Part shown: piece by piece, positions 1 to 11,690 of the stretch
Numbering within the stretch: position 1 is the first letter of the stretch
How the letters are laid out: the number at the start of each line of letters is the position of its first letter
NCBI RefSeq assembly: GCF_004010195.1
Contig: NC_057719.1
Coordinates: 33,841,981-33,905,980, forward strand
Reading direction: 5' to 3'
Source of the DNA: Chiloscyllium plagiosum
Lineage: Eukaryota
Length of the DNA: 64,000 nt
Notes under the pieces: model-generated
Seen by the model: only the letters and a program-made list of their open reading frames with translations
Told to the model about the DNA's origin: nothing
The model's database searches: none
Translations under genes and position numbers: made by a program

Positions 1-1520
1 CAAATCCTCCAACCCTGGCAACATCCTTGTAAATCTTTTCTGAACCCTTTCAAGTTTCACAACATCTTTCCGATAAGAAGGAGACCAGAATTGCATACAA
101 TATTCCAAAAGTGGCCCAACCAATATCCTGTACAGCTGCAACATGACCTCCCGACTCCTATACTCAATACTCTGACCAATAAAGGAAAGCATACCAAACA
201 CTTTCTTCACTATCCTATCTACCTGTGACTCCACTTTCCATGTCCTTTTCCACTGTAAACACTGACTCAAAATGCTCTTTTAGCATCCCCCCCACCTCCT
301 CTTTTTCCACACAAAGGCCACCTTGCTGATCTTTGAGGGGCCCTATTCTCTACCCTGCTGTCCTTAATGTATTTGTAAAAACCATAAAATTTGCTTTCCC
401 AAAATGCAGCACTTCACATTTATCTAAATTAGACTCCATCTGCCATTTCTCAGCCCATTGGCCCATCTGATCAAGATCCCATAGTAATCTGAAGTAACCC
501 TCTTCGCTGTCCACTACACCTCCAATTTTGGTGTCATCTCCAAACTTACTAACTATACCTCTTATGCTCACATCCAAATCAACTATATAAATGATGAAAA
601 ATAGTGGACCCAGCACCGATCCTTTTGGCACACTATTAGTCACAGGCCTCCAGTCTGAAAAACAACTCTCCACCACCACCCTTTGTCTTTTGCCTTTGAG
701 CCAGTTCTGTATCCAAATGGCTAGTTCTCCCTGTATTTCATGAGATCTAATCTTGCGAAGCAGTCTCCCATGGGGAACCTTGTTGAATGCCTTACTGAAG
801 TCCATATAGATAACGTCCACCGCTCTGCCCTCATCAATCCTCTTTGTTACTTCTTCAAAAAACACAATCAAGTTTGCGAGATATGATTTCCCATGCACAA
901 AGCCATGTTGACTATTCCCAATCAGTCCTTGCTTTCCAAATACATGTACATCCAGTCCCTCAGGCTTCCCTCCAACAACTTGCCCACCACCGACATCAGC
1001 CTCTCTGATCTATAGTTCCCTGGCTTGTCCTTACCACCTTTCTTAAACAGTGGCCATGTTAGTCAACCTCCAGTCTTCCAGCAACTCACCTGTGACTAAT
1101 GATGATACAAATATCTCAGCAAGGGCCCCAGCAATCACTTCCTTAGCTTCTCACAGAGTTTTTGAATACATCTGATCAGGTCATGGGGATTTATCCATTT
1201 AATGTGTTTCAAGACATCCAGCACTTCCTCCTCTGTAATGTGGACATTTTTCAAGATATCACCATCTATTTCCCTACATTCTATGCCTTCCATGTCCTTT
1301 TCCACTGTAAACACTGACGCAAAATGCTCTTTTAGTATCCCCCCCACCTCCTCTTGTTCCACACAAAGGGCACCTTGCTGATTTTTGAGGGGCCCTATTC
1401 TCTACCCTGCTGTCCTTAATGTAATTGTAAAAACCATCTGAATTCTCCTTAACTCTATTTGCCAAAGCTATCTCATGTCCCCTTTTTGCCCTCCTGATTT
1501 CCTTCTTAAGTATACTCCTA
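1..1520 (-). mobile_element. CR1-clade LINE (HER1-like) ORF2 reverse-transcriptase fragment, decayed, runs off the window start
   Basis: ORF 350..898 has RT motifs VDVIYMDFSKAFNKVPH, VPKGSVLGPL and KFGDDTK; ORFs 1135..1528 have CR1 ORF2 motifs (HFASVFT, KKEIRRAKR); frameshifted. Confidence 0.95.
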
Positions 1521-1522
1521 CT

Positions 1523-3058
1523 GCACACATCAAGAAATGGTTGGAGACAATGAAAACTGCAAAGTCTATGGGCCCTGATAACATTCCCACAATAGTACTA
1601 AAGGCTTGTGCTCCAGATCATGTTGCTTCCCTCGCCAAGCACCAGTACAGTTACAATATTGGCATCCACCCAACAATGTGGAAAAGTGCCCTGGTATATC
1701 CTGTACACAAAAAGCAGGACAATCTAACAAAGCCCCACCAATCTTCAATTGGAGGGTGTCATCAATAGTGCTATCAAGCAGCTCCTGCTCAGGAATAGTC
1801 TGCTTAGTGAAGCCCAGTTTGGGTTTCATCAAGGCCAATCAGCTCCTGACCTCATCACAGCCTTGCTTCAAACACAGACAAAGGAACTGAATTCTGGAGG
1901 GGCGGTGAGATTGACAACCCTTGACATAAGGCTGCATTCAAACAAATGTGGCACCAAAGAGCCATTGCAAAACTGGAGTCAATGTATATCAGGGACAGAC
2001 ATTCCACTGGTTGGAGTTATAACTGGCACAAAGGAAGATGGTCGTGGTTGTTGAAGATCAGTCATCTCAGCTCTCGGACATCTCTGCAGGAGTTTCTCAG
2101 GGTACTGTCCTAGGCACAAGCATCTTCAGCTGCTTCATCAATGACCCTCCCTCCATCATAAGGTCAGAAGTGAGGATGTGTATTGATCATTGCACAATGT
2201 TCAGCATCATTTGCATCTCCTCAGATACTGAAGCAGTCCATATTCAAATGCAACAAGATCTGGACAACAGCTAGGCTTGGGCTGACAAGTGGCAAGTAAC
2301 ATTTGCACCACACAACTGCCAGGCTATGACCATCTCCAATAATTGACAAGCTAGTTTCCACCCCTTAATATTCAATGGGGCTATGATAACTGAAACCCCC
2401 ACTATCAAAATACTGAGGGTTATAACCAGAAACTCAACCAGACTAGTTACATACACAGTGGCTACAACCACAGGTCAGAAGCAAGGAACAGCATGGCGAG
2501 TAACTCACCTCCTGACTCCCCAAAGCCTGTCCACCATCTACAAGGCACAAATCAGGAGTGTGATAGAATACTCTCCAATTGCCTGGGTGGTTAGAGGACC
2601 AACAACACTCAAGAAGCTTGACATCATACAGGACAAAGCACCCCACTTAATTGGCACCAGATCCACAAGGATCCATTCCCTCCACCAGCAATGATCAGTA
2701 GCAGTAGTGCACACTATTTACAAAATGCACTGCAAAAATTCACCAAACATCCTTAAACAGCACCTTCCAAACCTATAAGCACTTCCATCTGGAAGATCAA
2801 GGGCAGCAGATACATGGAAACATCAATTCCCCTCCAAGCCACTCACCATTCTGACTTGGAAATATATCATCATTCTTTCACAGGCACTGAGACAAAATCC
2901 TGGAATCCCGTCTCTAACGACATTGTGGGTCAACCCACAGCAAGTTGACTATAATGGTTCAAGAAGGCAGCTCACCATCACCTCTCAAGGCCAACTAGAG
3001 ATGGGAAATAAATACTGTCATCCAAAAATACCCACATCCCACAAATGAATAAGAAAAA
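1523..3058 (+). mobile_element. CR1/L2-group LINE, 5'-truncated, with RT and 3' tail (second family; tail shared with SacSINE1-like SINEs)
   Basis: Broken ORFs with KSMGPDNIP, WKSALVYPVHKK, QFGFHQGQS, GVSQGTVLG, IYKAQIRSVIEY; ends ...cccacatcccacaaatgaataagaaaa. Confidence 0.9.
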
Positions 3059-3560
3059 TCTGTCTCTCCACATTCATCTAAATAGAGATCACTGAAGAGC
3101 TCCCCCCACCCCTTCCCAGTACGGATAATGACAATGAACGTTAAAAGTTTCACCATCATTACTACTGCACAATCCAGACCAATAAGTTTAATTTGCTTGA
3201 ACAGAATTGAAATCAATGTAACACAAAATAATTTTAGATAAATAGAAAGAAAATTAAGACAATAGACATAAATCATTTAACTTGAATTTGACTATTTGAA
3301 AATATAGTTTGAAAATAAGTTTATGGAAGTAATTTCCATCAAAATATTCTTGCAAACAAGTCCTGAGTGATATATCGATCTGCCAGTGGACCTCACTTCA
3401 TGCTCTGTAAAAACAAATATGAGCCTCGTACAAAACTGGAAAATGGTCACCAATCTATAAATGGCAAGGACTTGTGTGAACTATAAATTAGCATTTCCAC
3501 TGAGTAAGGCACATACTGTCTCCCATACAAAGTTTAAATATCTGTTGTTATTTACAATAC

Positions 3561-4343
3561 TGTTAAGGAGCACAAGGCATTCGGAGATAAAAGGCCTAGC
3601 ATCTATCTTGTGTTGATGGGTATATGTGTGAGGTGAGACTGCAGTTTAAAATGACTCAGCTATTGCAGTGTAATTATATAGTCCATAGCTCTTCACTATC
3701 ACAAATACTGAGGTTTTGTTTTATCCAGATAAAGGAGCTGCTTATATGTCGACGAGATAATTAAATAGCAGAAATAAACATACTAATTTAATTGGCTAGT
3801 TGGTGGAATTATATGTTGTGAGGCTAACATCTGGGAAAACCATTAGTTATCCTTGTGCTACAGGTGAGAAGAAAGGAAATCTCTCTCTCTCTCTCTCTCT
3901 TTCACTCTCTTTGCTGAAATCAGCCAACATTAAAAGGAAACAGGACAAAAGATTTTCCACTAACTTGTTTTGTCAAGAATCTCAAAATCAACTCAATGAA
4001 CAATGTCAGTTCCATTGATAATACTCAATGTAAAGGCTGTAATGTCTCATTGTCTACTCTTTTCAGAAATCAAAGATCTATATGTTAATTTTAACTTTTC
4101 TGGGGACTCAACTCTTAATCTGTGTGGATGTGTGTTGCATTATTAGTTCTTCTTGTGTTTAGTAACCAATGAACTCATTCTTCTGTTAACTCAACAGCTT
4201 GATTACATTAGCTCCTTAAAACATTTATTTATTTTGTCTGAATGAAAAAAATCCTTTCAAAATGAATCTTGTTGTGGCAAATGAAGGGGCCATTTGAATA
4301 AAGAAGGGAGACTGTTCATCTCTCCTTACTCAGATGTTTAACA
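3561..4343 (+). mobile_element. Putative LTR (ERV/Gypsy-like) followed by a degenerate PBS-like sequence
   Basis: Begins TGTTAA and ends TTAACA (inverted 6-mer termini); internal (CT)n and AATAAA near the 3' end; followed by aaTGGGTATTCTGTCTGGAA, loosely resembling a tRNA-Pro PBS (TGGGGGCTCGTCCGGGAT). Confidence 0.45.
3880..3910. repeat. (CT)n microsatellite
   Basis: tctctctctctctctctctctttcactctct. Confidence 0.9.
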
Positions 4344-6120
4344 AATGGGTATTCTGTCTGGAACGGCAAGAAATTGGGGAACATCACCGAAAGACTGATC
4401 ATCACAAAACCCTAATATGCAGGTAGTTCCTCCAGCAACCTCAACTCTAACTGTTTCCGATCTCGACGCCATGCCCCATTCTGCTCCTCCTCACTCTGCT
4501 GTCCCACTTTGTTGACCATTGCTAGTCTCTCCACAGCCTTTTGCTCTTACTGTTATTAACAGCCACACTACTCCTTACCCAAGATCCAACCAAAAGCAGA
4601 CCATGGTACCAGCCATCTTAATTTTGAGTGTCAATCTTAGTCCTGCTTTAGGCTCTCATTCCAATTATTCAAATAACTCCCTTCCCAATGGAAGATAATG
4701 TGAGTCCTCGTCATCAATATATATCTATATCTATCTATCTGACTTAAGTAATTCAATAATTTGCTGTTGATTCCTTTTGGTTTTTGGTTCAATGAACAAT
4801 TTCCAGAAGCTCAGCAAACTTGTGCGTGTCATGTTAATCAGTATAAAAATTTTCAATTTTCCAAATTTCAATTTCATATTCACTGACCCACTTTTCTGGA
4901 GGAGTTTACAATCTTGTATTAAAATACTCCGTAGTTAGATTCAGAAGTCAGTGCATTGGATCAAACATGCTGTTTATTATTAAAACTCCTCTTCCTTGAA
5001 TGAGAATATTGGAAATGCATTCTAAGGGGAAGAAAGGAAGTTCTGAAAACAAATGAATTAATTATTGGAAGTAAACACAATGGAGACAGAAATAAAATTT
5101 AGCTGAATCACTGAACATCCAAATTATTTCAAGGTTTACATAAGGCCTCAATGCGAGTGCTGAACTGAATAAAATGTTTATTTTGGTTATGTATTTCTGA
5201 ATTTTAATGAGTATAGAGTCATACTGACATACAAAATTGTCCTTACACATACAGATCATCTATTGATCAATCTGTTATGCAATAATCAGACAAAATGAAA
5301 TCCTCAGGACAGACAAAAAGTATGTGAGTAGAAATTATATTAGGCATTGATGTCAGCATTTATATCAATGAAGGCAAATGTATTTTTAGCTGATCTGCTG
5401 AAATGTAATTTATTGGCTTTTCTGATATTATTGCATGAATAAATAAATTAATTTAGAGCTACAAAATGTTGAAAACTGTCACCACTAAAGGCTGTGATGA
5501 CAATGCCCTCATAGTTGAATTGTTTAACTATCCACTTTATTATAATACTGCAATTAAAAGAGGTCAAAGTTATTTCAAAGCCTTTGATTTAAATAAGATA
5601 TGATTTTGATTATTTTTCAATTTTCAAGCCAATTTTCCATCTTGTTTGGCTATTCAGCCATCAGACTTGGTTGGCTGCATGAAAGAACAAAAAAAATTAA
5701 TCTATCAGGCATCCTCCGATACTGCCTTAAAGACTGCAGTGTGGAAATGTAAAATGAATTTACTGCTGGAAGGAAATAAGAATCCTCAGCTTACTGGCTT
5801 TGAAAAATATTATCTGGAGGGCTTTCTCTCACCTTGGGCACCTAAGCTCCGACCTTATATTCACCACCCAGACCGGGGCCTTCAACATAGCATTGGAAAA
5901 CCTGAGAAGCCAGATTAAAAGTCTTGCAAATTCTTGCAATGTTGAGTGTTGCTTTTCTGTACTTGGTCAGGTACAACTAGTGACTGCCAATAGGTTATGC
6001 CAGAGAAGCCTGTTTCCCAGTCTGCCCTAACAGGCTATAGTCATTGAGTAACAGAGGTGGCACTAGCTGGATGCATGACCTGTTAAAATGAGCCACCTAA
6101 ACTAATTTCATGATATCCCT

Positions 6121-6345
6121 TGTAGTGATTGTAATGAGATCAGCCCAGTAGACCTCATAGAATATGAGTTCCTTTACTGGAGCTGTTAACCTGGGTCAAT
6201 CAGGGAGCACTGGCTGTCAGATGTAAACAGGAGTGTCAGACATCTTGTTCGCTCTGAGAGAGCTGGATCAGTGTCCAGGACTCTCCAGTTGTGTCTGGAA
6301 GGGGACTGACTCTGAGCTGGCTGGTCCATAGTCAGTGTGTACTGT
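6121..6345 (+). mobile_element. LTR-like segment (5' portion) of a shark LTR-retrotransposon family
   Basis: Starts TGTAGTGATTGT; CAAT-like and TATA-like (gatgtaaa) motifs; about 6222-6287 is homologous to about 7834-7905. Confidence 0.6.
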
Positions 6346-6489
6346 TGCTTTTAGTTTCTGGGTTTTTTGGGGGGAATCTGATTCCTAAATTGGCTGAATT
6401 ATATAGCCAGTTGTTAACTGGTATTCCTCTTTATTGAGGACTGATTTCTAAACTGACTGATCTACACATTCAATGTGTTGAGTTGTTCC

Positions 6490-7570
6490 TGTGTGGGTAG
6501 GACAGGCCCTCTGTGAATGGACTAGGCCTCTGTAAAGACTGAACACCTGTGCGTGTGCTGGGAGGTGAGCAATTGCTGCGTTTGGGAGTGGACCAAACCA
6601 CTGTGAGTTAACTGCAGCTTCACAATACGCTGTGTTCCTGTGAGTGGGCCTGGTTCTCTATGGATGGGTTAGGCCTCTGTAGGAACTGAATACCTGTGCA
6701 TGTGCCATGGGATGTGTATTTGCTGCCTTCAGGAGTGGACTCTGCATACCGGAGTGGACTCTGCCTTTGATTGTGGACTCTATCTCTGACAATACATTCT
6801 GCTTACTGGAGTGGACTCTGTTCCTGGGAATGGACTCTGCAGTTTGAAGAGAACTGTTTATGGTAATGGACTCTGTGTACCAGAAAGGACTCTGGTTGTT
6901 GGTAATTGACTCTGTCTTGTTGCTTATTAGGTTTATCACATGCACTGTCTTGTGTGTCTCTGGGTCTGGTAGGCCTCACTGTGAGCTGAGAGGCTCATAG
7001 GTCATCCTGAAAGCTGTCACCCTGAGAGCTGGAGGGTGGCTAGGCCAGCCTGTGAACCGGAGGTGGGTAGGCCACCCTGATGCCAGTTGCCCCAAGAGCC
7101 GGAAGGTGGGTAGACTATTCTGAGCGCTGTCGTCCCAAGAAGGGGTAATCAGGACACGCTATCCTAGAGGTGGTCAGAAGGTGTGTCAGAGTGGCCGAGA
7201 ACCAGAAGGTGCATAGGGGCAGGCCGAGATCCAGAAGGCTTGTACACTGCCCTGTGCTCCCTCATCCCAGGGAAGGGGACGGGCTGTCATAGAGGTGGCC
7301 GGAAGGTGTGTCAGTGCAGCCCGCAGGCCAGATGGTACATCAGGGTGGGCGAGAGCCAGATGGTATGCAGGGGCAGACCGAGAGCTGGAAGGCAGGTAGG
7401 CCATCCTCAGTGCTGTCATCCCGAGCAAGTATCGGGGAGGGCTGGCCTAGAGGTAACCGGAAGCTGTGTCAGGGCGAACTGAGAGCCAGAAAGGACATGG
7501 GACGGAGCGAGAGCTGGAAAGGGTGTAGGGGCGGGCTGCCTTTGTGTGGCCGGAAGGTGGGAGGGGTGGT
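6490..7570. repeat. Degenerate GC-rich tandem-repeat region (about 19-bp GGACTCTG-core units, then GAGAGCCGGAAGG-like units)
   Basis: Repeated ggagtggactctg at 6732-6915; taggcctctgt..actgaa.acctgtgc.tgtgc duplicated at about 6523 and 6670; repeated gag(a/t)g(c/g)c(c/t)(g/a)gaagg units 6985-7560. Confidence 0.75.
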
Positions 7571-7833
7571 AGTTTGCTGGGTTGCCAGGGGTGTCTATGA
7601 TATATGCGCTGTTTTATTGCTCGGTTTTTCGGACTGTCTGTATATGATTGCGTTTACTGTTTCCTTCTTGATTAATGTCAGGTGGGATTTGAGGTTCATC
7701 CCCATTTTCCTGAGAGCTGGTTGTATGGTGGGGTTTGCTGCTCCTTTCCCCCGTGAATTACTGTTTCTTTTATACAGCTGTTCATGTTAATTGTTTGTTT
7801 GTAATTTGTACTGGTTAATAAAACATAAAAACA

Positions 7834-7960
7834 AATAAACAAGAGTATCAGACATTCTGTTGACTCTGACAGCTCGCTCTCAGATAACTGGATCAAGAAC
7901 TTTCCACGTGTCAGAAAAGGGTGACTTGGTGATGGGATACCAGCCTCAGTGGGGTTATCA
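7834..7960 (+). mobile_element. LTR-like segment (3' portion) of the same family as 6121
   Basis: Shares aaaca.gagt.tcagacat...gtt..ctctga with 6225-6260; continues aaagggtgacttggtgatgggatacc...gttatCA. Confidence 0.55.
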
Positions 7961-8102
7961 ATGAATGATCTCCCATAAGCACCGTCTGTTTTTTTTAAGT
8001 GTGAACAAATTCTAGGCCATGCTCTTAAAATTGAGTGTATATAATGACATTGGTGTAGAGAAAACATCATAAAGCAGCAACAAGATGGGATAGAACCTGC
8101 AG

Positions 8103-8468
8103 GGAGAAAGTGAGGACTGCAGATGCTGGAGGTCAGAGCTGAAAATGTGTTGCTGAAAATGCGCAGCAAGCCAGGCAGCATCCAAGGAGCAGGAGAATCG
8201 ACGTTTCGGGCATGAGCCCTTCTTCAGGAATGAGGAAAGTGTGAACTGGAGAAATCTGTGTTCATCCCTTGTGGTTGGAGGGTTCCTAGGCGGAAGATGA
8301 GGCGCTCTTCCTCCAGCTGTCGTGTTGCTATGGTCTGGCGATGGGGGAGTCCAAGGACCTGCATGTCCTTGGTGGAGTGGGAGGGGGAGTTGAAGTGTTG
8401 AGCCATGGGGTGGTTGGGTTGGTTGGTCCGGGTGTCCCAGAGGTGTTCTCTGAAACGTTCCGCAAGTA
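8103..8468 (-). mobile_element. Penelope-like element, 5'-truncated: GIY-YIG endonuclease C-terminal fragment plus pseudo-LTR
   Basis: Peptide LAERFREHL...HPMAQHFNSPSH...RQLEEERLIFRLGTLQPQGMN; exact 15-bp flanking repeat GGATAGAACCTGCAG at 8088-8102 and 8469-8483. Confidence 0.9.
8198..8229 (-). ncRNA. Minimal type I hammerhead-ribozyme-like motif (family A, intact core)
   Basis: Minus strand reads UC-CUGAAGA-A-GGGC-UCAU-GCCC-GAAA-CG-UC-GA: core boxes, 4-bp stem II, GUC triplet; stem I only 2 bp. Confidence 0.6.
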
Positions 8469-9502
8469 GGATAGAACCTGCAGCCTTTATATCAGGAAAT
8501 ACATGAAAAATCAATACACTGTGGACAGATGCCATCGTGTTATGCTGTGCTATGTATTGTTTCCACAGGCAGAGGTAGTGACTCACAAAAGCCTTTATGA
8601 AAGAACTGAGATTTTCGAAACACTCAATTGTGATGCCAGGCTAATTTCATATGTGTCACAGTCAATTCAAAATGAACACGGAATCCAAATTAGGGTTAAT
8701 TCATTCCACCCCTAGCTGTAACATCTAGAAATGAATAAGAGTTTAAACGAAAACTGAAGCCTGATATAAATGTGACTTACACAGTATGATCCAAAGTCCT
8801 CAAGGTCCTATTTAGATCAGTAATATCAAACATTGATGAGAGGGAACAGGTAGGTACTTATTTTGTGAATTCATTTTGCCATACACTTTTTGCGAGTACT
8901 TTATAGGGAACATCTTATCTCCTATGAAATTAAATTTAAAATTCACAGTTGCTGACATTCACTCTAGGTGTGCTCCTCTGAATATATTAGAGACCTGAAG
9001 CTTTTATCCATGGGCTAAACAGCAAGCTCAATAATTATGCCCTACATTTTCTGCAAAGGGATTAGTTTTTTCATGGAAATGAGCAGTGTATCACAGATAG
9101 TGAGCTAAGGTTTGATATGCCAAGCTTGAGGCGGGAGTGCAGCATTTATGCAGCTGTATTTTTTATATATTAATAACAAATAGTTCAGTAAGTCACAAGA
9201 TAAATTTTAGAAGCAATTTTTTTTACTGAGAAACTGCTTAATACAGCAATATTGTTCTTTTTTTCAACCCAATACCCAGGGGCAACAGAGATGAAATAAC
9301 AGAAATTGGATTCTTTCCACAGTTCAAACACATATCGGCAATATTTCCTTCACAGCTTCCACTTCTTTTTGTTATGTTGCAACAGCGTCACAAATATCCT
9401 CTTTCTACATCCAGCGTGATTGTCCGTAACACCAAAATGGCTGATCCACGTACACAGATGCACTGTAATGTCAGCTAGCTCTGTGTGTGTGTGTACAAAG
9501 GG

Positions 9503-9625
9503 CTCAAGGGTTCATGTGGTGCAATGATAGCATCCCACCTTTGTGCCAAGCAGCCTGGGTTCAAGTCTCACCTGGTCCTGAGGTATGTAATAAAATCGCT
9601 GAACAGGTTGATTAGAAATAGCTTT
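9503..9625 (+). mobile_element. Short tRNA-derived SINE-like fragment
   Basis: Box A-like tggtgcaatgat and box B-like ggttcaagtct; no cloverleaf. Confidence 0.5.
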
Positions 9626-9728
9626 TTTTTAACACTGTTACAATCACCAGGGTGGCGATGAGGGATTCAGGGAAGCTGGGCTGACAAATCTGAGCTTCCC
9701 TCTCTTGCAGTATCTATGGAATATTTTG

Positions 9729-11240
9729 CTACACTTGCTCCAGCCACCACACTGCCTGAGGGGGGCCCTTCCTGAGGTTTCCAGCAATGGAGTTTGTTTC
9801 TGCACCATTATGTCCCATCGGTTGCCAGCCATTGCAGATGCTGTCAGGGTGAAATGCAGTTTTTAAATGAAAAACATGTGAAGTACACTTCAGCAAATGA
9901 TTCCATGATGTGGAATTTCTTTTCAATTAAAACGATGCTTGTGTGTCCATTGACAAATGTATCATTCACATTGATACTCACTTCGCCCGGTTTAGTTGAC
10001 TTTTTAACCATTTAGCACTATCCATTACATGTGTCCCTGAGAGAAATTTCTTCCTCAATGTGTAAATTAAGTTCATTCTACACTCAATTTCAGTAAACTT
10101 CCACAGGGAGTTTAAAACCATTTCTTCAAGGGGAAACACTAGTTTCCCAGTAGCTAGAGGAGAGTATCTGTGGAATTTCAGTCCAATGGGATTGATTGCT
10201 GTGTCCTTCCCACTTTGTAGCTGTAGATTGTAAATGGCAATGAGCATAAAAAGAACACTTTTAAGACCATGGCAAAGGAAAGAAGGAATTGAACTATCAG
10301 ACACCTATTCCAAAGAGGGGGCACCGATATGATGGGATAAACTGTCCCTATATTTCATTTAATTCCATGTTTCCAGATGAAATAGTGGCCTCTGGTGCAT
10401 TAGAGTTGGTGCATGGATTAAAAATACCATTAGATGTAATAATCTTGCATCAGTGCTAATGGAAAAGTGTTAACGTTTTGGACTATAGTCCCAAATTTAC
10501 CCTGAGCACCAACAACTGTTAGTCTGCCATAACTGGTATTTTTGCTTTTTCATGAGTCCCATGAAATTATGAAATGATTCTTATAAGGTTTGGGATGAAA
10601 TGAAAATGTAGTTTTTGGAACTTAGCGTTGAAGTTATAACAACTAGAAGAATGACATAGTGTGTAAATCACCAAGAGTTACCAAGCTATTTCTAATAATC
10701 AGGTATGATATTTTCAGTCATGTTTCTGGAAAATGAATTGGACATTTATTTGAAAATATTTCAGAACAGACATGCATCAGTTAACTGCATTATGAATGAA
10801 AAAACAAAAATTGTAGAAAGTATGCATCTGGTTCAACAACACCTTCAAAGGACAATGATATAATTTTAGTAAAAACCCTTTCATCAAAGCTGACTTAGCT
10901 TACAACACTGTGTACAACTGCAATTGTATTCATTAGGTCAATTATCAAGGACTATTTGATTTGTCCCTGACATGATTGAGATTTTCTTTTAAATTACTAT
11001 ACAAAATACCTGCAATGAGTCAATAATTATGTATGGGCACGAATTACCACGGAACAAACCATGACACAAACTTTTTGTTCATTTATTGACTGCTTCATTG
11101 ATTATTATTCAATGGTCTTGACCTGTCACGCAGTGTAATCACAAAAGGGTAATATCAATTTTTTACAAGTTGGCCTCACCAACTCGGAAGTGCACCACAT
11201 GAGCAGATTTCACATTGATCCTGTCACTTTCCTTCACAGC
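9729..11240 (-). other. Candidate spliced exon chain (11180-11240, 9982-10036, 9729-9840), unidentified product
   Basis: Canonical AG acceptors and GTGAG donors with compatible phases; spliced peptide AVKESDRINVKSAHVVHFRVGTHVMDSAKWLKSQLNRANICNGWQPMGHNG...; not recognised. Confidence 0.22.
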
Positions 11241-11489
11241 CTGAATTCAATGAAAAACAAACTAAAAAAACTTAACGCATGAAACATAATTCAACCATAC
11301 ATAAACACTTAACCTGTAAGTTGCCAGCAGGGTCAGGCAATAAAAGCCTCCTTTGATTAACCGAAAATTTTACATGTGTTTTTGTCACAAATATCTAGGG
11401 TTATAATGATAAAAACGCGGAATGAAAGTATACCTTTAATGCTATTATGTTAGTCAGAAAATGTAAAATGAAATGATGGGAGCATTATC

Positions 11490-11690
11490 AGCTGCAAATT
11501 GCCTTCTAAGTAACCCACCATCCTAACTTGGAACCAGATCACTGTTCCTTCATTGATGCTCAGTCAAAATCCGGGTACTCCCTTCCTAATATCAGGTATA
11601 TGAAAGAATAGCTCACGAAAACTACAATTTAGGGTTGAAGAACAAATGCTGCACTTGCCAACAATCACATTCTATGAATAAAAAGAAGTA
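11490..11690 (+). mobile_element. Decayed 3' tail of the CR1/L2-group LINE
   Basis: Similar to 2820-3058 (accatcctaacttggaa...cagtcaaaatcc...aaatgctg...atgaataaaa). Confidence 0.7.

Noticed and set aside
6732..6915. CRISPR-like repeat-spacer array
   Set aside because: Eukaryotic context, ~19-bp degenerate period without unique spacers, no cas genes.
7183..8181. Overlapping 80-161 aa ORFs
   Set aside because: They arise from GC-rich tandem repeats and cross LTR/Penelope boundaries.
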